DNA of 22,905 nucleotides from a virus (taxonomy: Duplodnaviria; Heunggongvirae; Uroviricota; Caudoviricetes), in the IMG/VR virus record IMGVR_UViG_2571042690_000020, one strand, 5' to 3'. The notes below the pieces were generated by a model, which did no database searches, had not been told where the DNA came from, and saw nothing but the letters and a program-made list of their open reading frames with translations. Each line of letters opens with the position of its first letter. Position 1 is the first letter of the stretch. Made by a program: the position numbers and the translations under genes. Below, in pieces: positions 1-8,873 of the stretch.

Positions 1-216
1 TTACTCTCCCCGTGCCGCCTTACGACGGTCCTCTCTGATTTTGAAATACAGGTTAGTCAGATATGTCAGCAGCCCAAACAGCAGACTCCCCAGCACGCCT
101 ATTGCCGCCCACTGAGACGGGGAAACCCTGTCCAGCAACTGCAGGAACCAGTAGCCCGTTCCCACCGCTGACGTGGTGTATGACACACCTGTTGTGATTT
201 TTTCCATCTGGTACAT
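1..216 (-). CDS. S: Class II pinholin, phage 21 S-like, with dual start (M-Y-Q-M)
   Basis: The C-terminal 71 aa of the 1..294 ORF ([71 protein letters not shown]) closely match my recollection of the S21 pinholin: two TM segments, a charged [13 protein letters not shown] tail, and Met codons at positions 1 and 4 as in the S71/S68 antiholin/holin pair. GGAG-containing RBS upstream of ATG at 216. The in-frame N-terminal extension to 294 is rejected. Confidence 0.75.
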   Translation of the reverse strand: MYQMEKITTGVSYTTSAVGTGYWFLQLLDRVSPSQWAAIGVLGSLLFGLLTYLTNLYFKIREDRRKAARGE

Positions 217-366
217 ACCCCGTCTCCCGTTATCCGGAAGCTGACAACAATAAAAAAAGCCACCAGTTAAGTACTGATGGCTCTGATAACTCATGCAGGC
301 ATCTCAGACGACCCACTGACACTACCGGTGAGTTTAACGATACCTTCCATTTGACTGGCTCACTTT

Positions 367-678
367 TTATGATGATGCCGGTGCATTTATCTCCAGCACC
401 AGACTTTCTATCTCAACGCCATACGTTGCATTTTTGGTAATATCCGTCAGCGTCAGCGCATTCAGCCCCAGTGTCAGACTGTCTTTTATGACCTGGAATG
501 CCGGGCCAGCCACTCCATTCAGTTTCGGAGTAACCGTGGCACTGCCGGCGGTGAACACCAGCTCCAGCGTCTGCCAGTCGTTACTGTAATTCCCGAACTC
601 GCCCAACTTTGTGTTTCCTGCTTTCTTGTGATGCATCAGATTCAGTTTGCCGTCTGTGGTCTGGGTGAAGAACGACAT
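367..678 (-). CDS. Hypothetical protein; possibly the detached C-terminal segment of the upstream esterase (frameshift candidate)
   Basis: 103-aa ORF starting 11 nt downstream of the esterase stop, in a different frame. Its reading frame stays open upstream to about 720, overlapping the esterase 3' end. No recognisable motif. Confidence 0.4.
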   Translation of the reverse strand: MSFFTQTTDGKLNLMHHKKAGNTKLGEFGNYSNDWQTLELVFTAGSATVTPKLNGVAGPAFQVIKDSLTLGLNALTLTDITKNATYGVEIESLVLEINAPASS

Positions 679-688
679 CAGGAACGGG

Positions 689-2167
689 TTACCAGTCCCG
701 GGACAGTCGAAACTTACAGCTCAGTCTGCCACCCCGTGTCAGCAGGGAGACTGCGTCATCCACCGGGCGCGTCAGGGACCAGGCTTTATTGCTCTGCTTG
801 GTGATCTTAAATACACCCTCTGACAACTGAATTCCGCCATTCTTAATGCTCCAGCCCTGCGCAGCAGCATCTCCGGCTGTCGGCAACAGGGAGATTGTGC
901 GTACGGATGCATCTTCAGACGGCCCCGATGGCGTGTCGCCGCCGGGCGAGGGTTTGATTTCCGGTGCCTTACCACTGATGAAGGCTAAGGTGCGACCGGC
1001 TACGTTCAGAATAGCGGTTGCCATACGATCGGGAATAATGCCACGACGCGCCCATGAGCTGAAATGCGTCTGGCGATTTGATGATACCCAGTTTTTGTTC
1101 GTTCGGGATGCCGAACCGTAATATCCCTCACTTGCAGCATCCGGATCTTCCGTTGGTGCGTTGGTGGAGGTATTGTTGCCACTACCATCGGTCAGGAACG
1201 GCACAAAGAAAACGTTGTCGCTCTCCCTGTTTTTGTACGCCCCGTAAATGGTGTCGTACTGCGTGCCGTAGGTGTTTTTCCAGTAATACGTCGTGTCACC
1301 ACAAATCCATGGCACACTTGCCGCTCTGCCTCCATGACACTGCGTGTTAAACTCGGTAATGTCCGCACGAAACTGTTTCAGCATGGCCGTAAACAGCGGA
1401 GGTTGCTGTGAGTACGTAGCGGCGCTCATGTCAAATTCGCCCTGCATCCAGCATACGGCCAGCAGCATGTTTTTTGGGTTTTTCTGCAATGCGGCCTTCG
1501 TGCGCAAAATCAGGTCCTGATATAAAGGTTTACCCACACCCCAGCGAGCCGAATCCTGACTGGCTCCTGTGGACTCGCTGAATGTCCCCTCCGCGCCCTG
1601 GGTGAATGCCGAACCACCACGACAGCATGGAACCAGTAAAATCCCGGCATTCTGTGGAATGTAAGGCAACAGGCGTTTGGCAATATGCAAGCCCTGTCCG
1701 ACACAGCCATACTGCCCTTTGCTCAGGTCTGCATTCGGGTGATTCAGTGCGCTCATATCCTGAACATCATGCAGGCAGTGGTCTGCCGGAATGATGTCGT
1801 TAAATGCGCATGCTTTACCACCGGGAGTCACTGTGTTGCGACGGGCCAGTTGCTTAATGCGTGGGTGGGGCGCATCGTAAGAATCCGGCAGCGGCATTCC
1901 CTCACCATATGACATGGCATTGGATTGACCAGCAAGTACCACCACGTAATACCACTCCGGCACGCTGCCGTGCTGGGGGGAATCAGGTGAGATGTCTGTA
2001 GTGCCATCGGCCACCATTGCCTGCATTAGATACCACGGGGTGCCGGGTTCGTAGGCAACCCGCGTCTCCCCCTGAAGATGCCACCCTTTCGCAAGATGTT
2101 CATTCACCTTTTGAGTCAGTTCAGCCTGTGTCATGGCTGTAATCAGTGCAAAGTTCTTACTGGTCAT
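689..2167 (-). CDS. NanS-p-like sialate O-acetylesterase (SGNH/SASA hydrolase with DUF1737-like N-terminus)
   Basis: 492-aa ORF. GQSNAMSYGEG is the GQSN block of SGNH/sialate 9-O-acetylesterase family proteins. The N-terminal ~50 aa (MTSKNFALITAMTQAELTQKVNEHLAKGWHLQG...) resembles the DUF1737 domain found on prophage NanS-p esterases. Its ATG overlaps the o-spanin stop (ATGA at 2164-2167). Confidence 0.65.
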   Translation of the reverse strand: MTSKNFALITAMTQAELTQKVNEHLAKGWHLQGETRVAYEPGTPWYLMQAMVADGTTDISPDSPQHGSVPEWYYVVVLAGQSNAMSYGEGMPLPDSYDAPHPRIKQLARRNTVTPGGKACAFNDIIPADHCLHDVQDMSALNHPNADLSKGQYGCVGQGLHIAKRLLPYIPQNAGILLVPCCRGGSAFTQGAEGTFSESTGASQDSARWGVGKPLYQDLILRTKAALQKNPKNMLLAVCWMQGEFDMSAATYSQQPPLFTAMLKQFRADITEFNTQCHGGRAASVPWICGDTTYYWKNTYGTQYDTIYGAYKNRESDNVFFVPFLTDGSGNNTSTNAPTEDPDAASEGYYGSASRTNKNWVSSNRQTHFSSWARRGIIPDRMATAILNVAGRTLAFISGKAPEIKPSPGGDTPSGPSEDASVRTISLLPTAGDAAAQGWSIKNGGIQLSEGVFKITKQSNKAWSLTRPVDDAVSLLTRGGRLSCKFRLSRDW

Positions 2168-2475
2168 TGTGTTACTCCCGTCTGGTGTGTCAGTTCGGCT
2201 ATTCTCTTATCCAGTTCAGCAATGGCCCGTTTATCCGCGTTACAGGTTTCCAGTGCATCCAGAAGGCGGTCGCCCCATATTCCGAGGTTTCCCCATGTGG
2301 GTGGGTCAGGGAAGGGGGGAGGCGTTACCGGCATGGTCAGCGTCTGCGGTATAAGCCGGACTGACGGCGCTGGCCCTGGCGCGTTCTGCGTGCCTGCGCA
2401 ACCTGTCAGTAAAACGAGCGTCAGGCAAAGCGTGGGCGCATTCATCTTTTGCAATATCGTTGCGTAGCTGTTCAC
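2164..2475 (-). CDS. o-spanin (Rz1/LysC-like outer-membrane lipoprotein)
   Basis: Signal peptide with lipobox (LTLVLLTG-C), a Pro-rich mature part (PVTPPPFPDPP), and a frame partly overlapping the i-spanin gene. GTG start with GGAGAGG RBS; an alternative ATG lies at 2445. Confidence 0.65.
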   Translation of the reverse strand: MNSYATILQKMNAPTLCLTLVLLTGCAGTQNAPGPAPSVRLIPQTLTMPVTPPPFPDPPTWGNLGIWGDRLLDALETCNADKRAIAELDKRIAELTHQTGVTQ

Positions 2476-2701
2476 GTCTTACCTCTCCGTCCTGATTGCG
2501 TTGCTGATTTTCCGCGCGGAGCTGAGCCAGCACCTGCTGCATATCCTGTACCCCGGCGCTGATGATATTCAGTGTGTCGACGGTACTTTTCAGGGTGCTG
2601 GCCTGCGCTTCGTTTCTGGCGTTCTCCCGGCCCAGCGACCACGACAGACGCATGGATGTAATCAGAAGGAAAGCGACGCCAAGCGTGGGCCAGAGCTTCA
2701 T
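2306..2701 (-). CDS. i-spanin (Rz/LysB-like)
   Basis: Internal ATG at 2701 overlaps the endolysin stop (ATGA). N-terminal TM segment (LWPTLGVAFLLITSM) followed by a charged coiled-coil-like region. The upstream part of the 2306..2845 ORF overlaps the endolysin and is rejected. Confidence 0.65.
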   Translation of the reverse strand: MKLWPTLGVAFLLITSMRLSWSLGRENARNEAQASTLKSTVDTLNIISAGVQDMQQVLAQLRAENQQRNQDGEVRREQLRNDIAKDECAHALPDARFTDRLRRHAERARASAVSPAYTADADHAGNASPLP

Positions 2702-3090
2702 GCCGGATAGGCTCCGTGTGGTAACTGAAAATGCGGTCCGTCTTTCAGGGTCTTCCAGTCGCCGCCCCATTCCACCGGAATATTCAGTTCCTGGCTGGCC
2801 TGTCTGAATGCTGCTGCGATTTTTTCGTACAGCGGCCATTCCCATGACACCTGGTTGCCGACATAAGCCACAACATCCACGGCATGCCCTGTGAGATGGC
2901 GACTGTTCATGGTCTGGCTCTTGCCTGTGGTCACGAGCTGCTTCTGACGATAACGACTGCGCAATCCTTCGGTGATACCAAAATCCACTTCCGAGATTTC
3001 CAGCGCCCGTCGGGTCACTTTCACCAGATCAGGATTTACACCCTGCAAATTCTTTTCGCTCCGGCTGCTGAATTTAAATGTGTTGCTCAT
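2698..3090 (-). CDS. Endolysin, peptidase M15 family (L-alanyl-D-glutamate endopeptidase type)
   Basis: 130 aa with an SRHLTGHAVDV zinc-binding block typical of LAS/M15 phage endolysins. AAGGAGAGG RBS; start overlaps the holin stop (ATGA). Confidence 0.8.
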   Translation of the reverse strand: MSNTFKFSSRSEKNLQGVNPDLVKVTRRALEISEVDFGITEGLRSRYRQKQLVTTGKSQTMNSRHLTGHAVDVVAYVGNQVSWEWPLYEKIAAAFRQASQELNIPVEWGGDWKTLKDGPHFQLPHGAYPA

Positions 3091-3410
3091 TCGTTCCTCT
3101 CCTTCACCCTGCGATCAAATATTGCAATAACCTTGTCGCGTGCTTTCTCTGCGCCCATAAAACCGATTGAGGCACCAAAAAACGTCACTGCATCCTCAGG
3201 GATCCCGAAGAAGCGCAGCGACCCGGCCACGGCCATGGCAAGAACGCCGCACGCCAGCGATCCCGTTACGGTCTGAACCAGTGTTCGTCCGTCATAAAGA
3301 CTCATCAGCGCGGAAATGCTGACCGCCGCGCCTACTGCATACACCGTTGGCAGGTGGTCAAAGAGCCACGCAATAACCTGCTCTGTGATCCCTGTTTGAA
3401 TGGTGCTCAC
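3087..3410 (-). CDS. Holin (HP1/P2-region holin family, multi-TM)
   Basis: Hydrophobic segments (AVGAAVSISALM, GSLACGVLAMAVAGSL, FFGASIGFMGA) and a charged C-terminus, immediately upstream of the endolysin. GTG start at 3410 with a GGGGGGAG RBS, just after the X stop; an ATG further in is an alternative. The part of the 3087..3629 ORF overlapping X is rejected. Confidence 0.55.
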   Translation of the reverse strand: MSTIQTGITEQVIAWLFDHLPTVYAVGAAVSISALMSLYDGRTLVQTVTGSLACGVLAMAVAGSLRFFGIPEDAVTFFGASIGFMGAEKARDKVIAIFDRRVKERNE

Positions 3411-3412
3411 TG

Positions 3413-3619
3413 CTACTCCCCCCACAACTGAATCATTTCTCGTTTCTTCTTCTCCGGCTCCGGCATCTCCACTTCCTGCCCGGCGTCCAGAAATACCTGC
3501 TGACAGAGTCCGGGGTTGGCATCCAGCACCTTTTCGGTGACGCCCTGTGTCGTGCCGTAGTACCGGAAACAGAGCGAATCCACGGTGTCGCCTTCCAGTG
3601 CCTTCACTTTCATCAGCAC
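3413..3619 (-). CDS. X: Tail protein X (P2 gpX-like)
   Basis: 68 aa (MLMKVKALEGDTVDSLCFRYYG...) at the P2 gpX position between L and the holin. Confidence 0.8.
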   Translation of the reverse strand: MLMKVKALEGDTVDSLCFRYYGTTQGVTEKVLDANPGLCQQVFLDAGQEVEMPEPEKKKREMIQLWGE

Positions 3620-4116
3620 AGCTCCGCAAACATTCGCGGTCGTCCCAGAATGTCAGAGATGGCCCAGCTCACATCGCGCCACAAATCCGATGTCTGTATA
3701 TCCAGTGCGTCCGCCCGGCGGTCGCCCTTGTCCGTTGTGTCCGCATCGCGGTAACGCTCCAGAATCAGGGCGCGTGTGGCGGTATAAACAGCATTGCGCC
3801 AGTGCCAGAGATTGACGCTTTCTCCGTTAATTACAGGGGCCGGAACATCGGCCAGCGTCTGATAGCCAGCCGCCTGTTGTTCCTGCTGCCATGCTTCCAG
3901 CTCGCGGGTAACGTGTGCTATGGCCCCGGTGGCGGTATGCAGCAGGCGGGAGGTGGTCACGCGGCCCGGCAGTCGTACCGCCAGACGCAGCTCGCGCAGC
4001 ACAATATCCGGCCAGAATGCACCCGCTGAAATACGGGTATCGCCATCATCGGTGTCGGTGATGTCGTCCTCTGCGGGGCCGGGGTTAGTTCTGGCAACCA
4101 TACTCATGGGGTTCAC
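3613..4116 (-). CDS. L: Head completion/stabilisation protein (P2 gpL-like)
   Basis: 167 aa, positioned between terminase endonuclease subunit M and X as in P2/186. Confidence 0.8.
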   Translation of the reverse strand: MNPMSMVARTNPGPAEDDITDTDDGDTRISAGAFWPDIVLRELRLAVRLPGRVTTSRLLHTATGAIAHVTRELEAWQQEQQAAGYQTLADVPAPVINGESVNLWHWRNAVYTATRALILERYRDADTTDKGDRRADALDIQTSDLWRDVSWAISDILGRPRMFAELC

Positions 4117-4208
4117 TCCTGAAAAAATCGGGCGGTGGGTGCGCGGTGTAAACGGTCACGGAGTCAAACCGGAACACCGCGCACGCCGCCCGCTGACGGG
4201 GTCAGTCG

Positions 4209-5009
4209 TTAACCGCGCTTTGCCTTCTGCGTCGCGGTGGTTTTTCGTGTTGCAGGCTTCCGCGTTGTCTTTTTACTTTTGCTGCTTTCGTCCTGCGCCT
4301 GCTGTGCGCTGGCGTCTTCTGGTTCGGCTGCGGAATCGGCTTTTTTCAGGGCGCGGGAAAGGGTTGCAATCTCGCGTTTCACACCTGCGTTCGGGTTCAG
4401 GTGCATCGCTTCGCGCAGCAGCTTCAGTGATGAGGCCATGTTGTCTGCATCGGTCAGGCCACGACGGGCAAAGGCACACGCCTTGCATAATTTGGCGCGC
4501 ACTTCGTCCGGCATGTCCTGGTTGGCGATAATTTCCCAAAGTGTGTCCAGTGGTTCGATAAAGGCGGATAAATCCGCGTCGGCATCCGTCCCAGCCTGCG
4601 TCAGTACCGGGTTGCAGATTTCTTCGGTCAGTACCGTGGCAGCAGTACGGCCAAAGTTATCCGGCATGATGAGGTTGTGACGGACCACATATGCACCAAT
4701 ACGCAGCGCCAGCGGAAGATCGCCGCAGTCAATCGCCCACACCATCAGCGTGGCAATTACTTCGTCCTGTTGCCCGCCGTCAGCCTCCAGCGTTCCCTCA
4801 ATCCAGCCGGAAAAGTCCGGCAACAACTCTTTTTTGATGGCGGCTTTCGCGCTTCTGGCCTGTATGGCCTTTAGCCTGGCCTGTGCCAGACGCAGACGAT
4901 ACAGCACCTCTTCATGCGCGGTACACGCGGCGTGGTCCACACCTTCATTCGCCCGGCCTGCGCGCTGTGCCATCACGTTCTGCCAGTGTTGTTGTGCAGG
5001 AGTAATCAT
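4209..5009 (-). CDS. M: Terminase endonuclease (small) subunit (P2 gpM-like)
   Basis: 266 aa with a basic Lys/Thr-rich C-terminal tail, located between N and L. Confidence 0.8.
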   Translation of the reverse strand: MITPAQQHWQNVMAQRAGRANEGVDHAACTAHEEVLYRLRLAQARLKAIQARSAKAAIKKELLPDFSGWIEGTLEADGGQQDEVIATLMVWAIDCGDLPLALRIGAYVVRHNLIMPDNFGRTAATVLTEEICNPVLTQAGTDADADLSAFIEPLDTLWEIIANQDMPDEVRAKLCKACAFARRGLTDADNMASSLKLLREAMHLNPNAGVKREIATLSRALKKADSAAEPEDASAQQAQDESSKSKKTTRKPATRKTTATQKAKRG

Positions 5010-5054
5010 TTTTTCTCTCCGTTACAGGCGGGCATGATGCCCGCCGTGAGTTGA

Positions 5055-6107
5055 TTAGCTGTCGGCGAACTTCAGGCCAGTGACCATCGCGCACTTGCCA
5101 TAGTCTTCAACGACATAAGCGTCATTGATGGACTGGTAGGTGGCGATGCGGTTGTATTCCGGCTCGTCTTTCATCAGGCGACGCATTGAACCTTTCTGCC
5201 AGTAAATCGACAGGTTGTTGAACGAGGTGATAAGCATCGTTGCATCCGGGAAGAACGGCGCAAGGAACACGCCCAGCCCGCCAATGGTGCGCGATGACAG
5301 GATGAGCTGCCCGGCAAGTAATTCCGCATTGGGATTCTGGCCGCTGATGCTGTTCAGCACGGGCAGACGCAGCGAGTTAAACAGGTTGCGCCCCATAATC
5401 ACCGCGAGGTCGTCAGCTTCCTTGTGCCATTCATCCAGCAGGGATGAGCGCGCATCCTGTACCAGAGCATCGGCATTCGCATACTTACCCGCGTGCGCCA
5501 CAGTGTTGTCCATGTTGCGGGAGGTCAGCGTCACGTCATTCATTACGCGCTCGCTGGCATCGGTTCTGATGTGCTCCAGCCAGCCCACGTTAACGTCCTG
5601 AAGCAGCTTGTTGGTGTGAAAATCAGACTCGTAGGCGTGGGATGTGCCGTTAAAGCCAATCATGATGCGATCAAGCGCTACCTGCCGGGCGATCTGTGTA
5701 CTGATACGGGACTGAAAATCGCTGTGGGCCGCCCAGGTATCAAGCTGTGGGTACGAAATAAAGGTATCGTAGTTCACCTGTTCGCACTGGTACTGACGAG
5801 ACTTCATATCGATCACGTTATTCGGGTTACGGCGTTTGATGCCGTCATAACTGCTATTCGTGCGCGCAATTGGCCCGGTGGTGTCCAGGAGGATTTTTTC
5901 GCCTTTCTGGTCGGTCACGCCGATCACGTTAATTCTTTTCGTAAATTCGGTACTTTCCTTTGAGGCGTTTTCAAAACGCTGCTGCACCGCGGGTTCCACG
6001 GTAAATCGCGATACCAGTGCAGATACCGGGATATTGTTAAGCGACGCCTGCTGCGCCATATAGCAACCCAGCTTGTTGCGGGTAATATCTGACATCACCA
6101 GATTCAT
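5055..6107 (-). CDS. N: Major capsid protein (P2 gpN-like)
   Basis: 350-aa ORF directly downstream of the scaffold gene; size and position match P2 gpN. Confidence 0.85.
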   Translation of the reverse strand: MNLVMSDITRNKLGCYMAQQASLNNIPVSALVSRFTVEPAVQQRFENASKESTEFTKRINVIGVTDQKGEKILLDTTGPIARTNSSYDGIKRRNPNNVIDMKSRQYQCEQVNYDTFISYPQLDTWAAHSDFQSRISTQIARQVALDRIMIGFNGTSHAYESDFHTNKLLQDVNVGWLEHIRTDASERVMNDVTLTSRNMDNTVAHAGKYANADALVQDARSSLLDEWHKEADDLAVIMGRNLFNSLRLPVLNSISGQNPNAELLAGQLILSSRTIGGLGVFLAPFFPDATMLITSFNNLSIYWQKGSMRRLMKDEPEYNRIATYQSINDAYVVEDYGKCAMVTGLKFADS

Positions 6108-6130
6108 AAAAAATTTGCTCCTTTGTCTTA

Positions 6131-6967
6131 TCAGAAGTCAGCCAGCTGGTCGGAGGCTGCGCCCGTTGCGGTGAAGCGGTTCTGCGGATCGCCGTCCTGC
6201 GTGCGCAGTTTTTCCTTCAATGCTGTCAGCTCTGTGGTCAGTGACGTGATTTTCTGGCGGTCCTGCTGATGGCGGGTTTCCAGCACATTAAAACGGTCGA
6301 TAATGTCGGCCTGTGACGTTGCAACGCCTTCCACCGCTTCCTGAATTCGGGAGAAACTGGCGTCATCCGCTTTGCGGCCACGACCAATAATCCCCATTAC
6401 GCGGTTAAACCACTGGGTGCCTTCTTCCTGGCGTTGTTCTGCCATTTCGATGATTTCAGACTCGATGGCTTCGGAGATAAGCGGTGCTTCACCCTGGATA
6501 CTGTTGAACGTCATCACCGCCTGACGTTGCTGTGCCGTGAATTTCAGGCGCTCAGTGCCCAGGCTTGCCGGGGTGTCGGTCATCGCCAGCCCGACCAGAT
6601 AGGCGCGCCCGTTAACGGAGAACTGCGGGTGCAGTTCGATACTGGAATAGATTTTCTTGCCGTCAGCGACAAGCTGCTTCATGCGCTCGGTCGGTTCGAT
6701 TTCTGCATACAGCGCAGTACGTCCGGCCAGCGGACCTTCCGTAATGTCTTCCGTACTCAGTGCGGTGACATCGCCCATTGCGGAAAATTCGCTTGACGGA
6801 CATGGCGAGAGATAGTGCTCAACGTTCACGCGGGCAGCGTAAACATCCGGGTTGAAGTTCTCGGCGGCTTCACGCAGATGCACCGGACTGATTTCACGGC
6901 CATCAACAGTTGATCCGGAGACAGCCACGCGAAACTTTTTGCGGGATGTCTTTTTTTCATTAGCCAT
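6131..6967 (-). CDS. O: Capsid scaffolding protein (P2 gpO-like)
   Basis: Alignable by eye with P2 gpO (FRVAVSGSTVDGREIS..., YLVGLAMTDTPASLGTE). Start set at the internal ATG 6967 (MANEKK...), which has an AGAGGGG RBS, rather than the ORF-track start at 7000. Confidence 0.85.
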   Translation of the reverse strand: MANEKKTSRKKFRVAVSGSTVDGREISPVHLREAAENFNPDVYAARVNVEHYLSPCPSSEFSAMGDVTALSTEDITEGPLAGRTALYAEIEPTERMKQLVADGKKIYSSIELHPQFSVNGRAYLVGLAMTDTPASLGTERLKFTAQQRQAVMTFNSIQGEAPLISEAIESEIIEMAEQRQEEGTQWFNRVMGIIGRGRKADDASFSRIQEAVEGVATSQADIIDRFNVLETRHQQDRQKITSLTTELTALKEKLRTQDGDPQNRFTATGAASDQLADF

Positions 6968-7000
6968 AGTTTTTGCCCCTCTGACTGGTTCTTCAGTCAT

Positions 7001-7121
7001 GATGGCAAAGCGTAACAGGCTGATACAAAGGGCTTTTGTTGTAAGAAAACAGTCAGAACAGAGGGTTAAGGAGAACAGTTTCGCGCGCGGGTAATCTTCC
7101 TGTAATTACTCAGGGGGAGCA
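7001..7121. promoter_or_regulatory. Divergent late-promoter region between O and P operons (putative)
   Basis: About 120-bp intergenic gap between divergently transcribed head operons, where P2 places its Ogr-dependent late promoters. No consensus element was confirmed by eye. Confidence 0.3.
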
Positions 7122-8873
7122 ATGATTCAGGACGCTTTTGTGCGCCAGCGTGCGCGGCAACTTTACTGGCAGGGTTATCCGCCCGCAGAAATATCACGTC
7201 TGATGGGAATAAACCCGAACACGATTTATGCGTGGAAAAAACGTGACCAGTGGGATGAAACGCCACCCGTGCAGCGTGTCACGCAGTCCATCGATGCGCG
7301 CCTCATCCAGCTTACTGAAAAACAGAATAAAACAGGCGGTGACTTTAAGGAAATAGACCTGCTGACCCGGCAGCTTAAAAAGCTGCATGATGGCCAGCCG
7401 GATGTGATGGCCGCAGGAAAGAAAGGCCGGGCGAAAAAACTCAAAAATCATTTCACGCCGGAACAGATTGCCGCACTGCGGGAAAAAATCATCAGCAGGC
7501 TGGAGTGGCATCAGCGGGGCTGGTTTGACTCCCTGACCCTTTGCAGGGAAGCCGGGATACGTAACAGGATGATCCTGAAATCCCGACAGATTGGGGCGAC
7601 CTGGTATTTTGCACAGGAAGCACTGCTGATGGCGCTGCGTGACGATGTGGCGCAACCTTACCAGCGTAACCAGATTTTTTTGTCTGCGTCGCGTCGTCAG
7701 GCGTTCCAGTTTAAAAGCATTATTCAGAAGGCCGCGGCTGAAGTTGATGTGGAGCTGAAAGGGGGCGATAAAATCATCCTCTCCAACGGCGCAGAGCTGC
7801 ATTTTCTCGGCACTTCTGCTGCGTCGGCACAGTCCTATACGGGCAATTTTTATTTTGATGAATTTTTCTGGGTCAGTCGCTTTGCTGAACTGCGCAAGGT
7901 GGCTGGCGCTATGGCAACCCTCAGCGGACTGCGGCGCACCTACTTCTCCACGCCATCCACCGAAACGCACGAGGCATACGCCTACTGGAACGGCGACCGC
8001 TGGAACGAGAAAAAGGCCTCGCATAAACGCCAGCGTTTTTCTGTGGACTGGAAAACGCTGCATAATGGGCTTATCTGCCCTGACCGGACGTGGCGGCAAA
8101 TTGTCACGCTGGAAGATGTGGTTAATCACGGCTGGAAACACACCGATATCGACGAAATTCGTGATGAAAACACCGAAGACGAGTTCCTCAATCTCTATAT
8201 GTGTGAGTTTGTCCGCGAAGGGGAATCGGCATTTAACCTGAATATCCTGATTGGCTGCGGTGTTGACGGATACGACGACTGGAAAGACTGGAAACCTTTT
8301 GCTCCCCGCCCGATGGGGAATCGTCCGGTATGGATTGGGTATGACGCAAACGGCAGTAGTGGCAACGGCGACAGCGGCGCTGTGTCCGTGGTGGTTCCTC
8401 CGGCTGTTCCTGGCGGCCGTTTTCGAACGGTGGAGACGCGACGCGTTCAGGGGCTGGAGTTTGAAGAACAGGCCAGAGTCATTGAAGAGTTCACGTGTCG
8501 CTACAACGTGGAACACATCGGCATTGATGTGACGGGCGGGAACGGGGAGGCTGTTTATCAGATAGTGAAGCGGTTTTTCCCTGCTGCTATTCCGTACACC
8601 TTCACGCTGTCATCAAAACGGTCGCTGGTACTGAAAATGCTGCAAATAATGCGTGCCGGGCGGTGGGAATACGATCGCGCCGAACGCGAGCTGGTCGCGG
8701 CCTTTAACGCCGTGCGTAAGGTGAAAACACCGGGCGGCTTTATCACTTACGAAACGGACCGCGCGAGGGGGATCAGCCACGGCGACCTTGCGTGGGCAAC
8801 CATGCTTGCTGTCATTAACGAACCAATTGGCGGCGAAGGAGAAAACGAGCGTTTCATGGTTATGGAGTTCTGA
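7122..8873 (+). CDS. P: Terminase ATPase (large) subunit (P2 gpP-like)
   Basis: 583-aa ORF upstream of and overlapping the portal gene; size and synteny match P2 gpP. Confidence 0.9.
   Translation: MIQDAFVRQRARQLYWQGYPPAEISRLMGINPNTIYAWKKRDQWDETPPVQRVTQSIDARLIQLTEKQNKTGGDFKEIDLLTRQLKKLHDGQPDVMAAGKKGRAKKLKNHFTPEQIAALREKIISRLEWHQRGWFDSLTLCREAGIRNRMILKSRQIGATWYFAQEALLMALRDDVAQPYQRNQIFLSASRRQAFQFKSIIQKAAAEVDVELKGGDKIILSNGAELHFLGTSAASAQSYTGNFYFDEFFWVSRFAELRKVAGAMATLSGLRRTYFSTPSTETHEAYAYWNGDRWNEKKASHKRQRFSVDWKTLHNGLICPDRTWRQIVTLEDVVNHGWKHTDIDEIRDENTEDEFLNLYMCEFVREGESAFNLNILIGCGVDGYDDWKDWKPFAPRPMGNRPVWIGYDANGSSGNGDSGAVSVVVPPAVPGGRFRTVETRRVQGLEFEEQARVIEEFTCRYNVEHIGIDVTGGNGEAVYQIVKRFFPAAIPYTFTLSSKRSLVLKMLQIMRAGRWEYDRAERELVAAFNAVRKVKTPGGFITYETDRARGISHGDLAWATMLAVINEPIGGEGENERFMVMEF

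Noticed and set aside
217-294. N-terminal extension of the pinholin ORF (97-aa form)
   Set aside because: Pinholins of this type are about 68-71 aa with a dual M-x-x-M start; the extension has no RBS and adds a Cys/Gly-rich segment.
2702-2845. Upstream part of the 179-aa spanin ORF
   Set aside because: Overlaps the endolysin; the ATG at 2701 gives a typical N-terminal-TM i-spanin with an ATGA overlap.
3411-3629. Upstream part of the 180-aa holin ORF
   Set aside because: Overlaps tail protein X in another frame; the holin most plausibly starts at GTG 3410 with its own RBS.
7194-8516. 440-aa minus-strand ORF antisense to the terminase gene
   Set aside because: Shadow ORF fully inside the well-supported terminase ATPase gene on the opposite strand.
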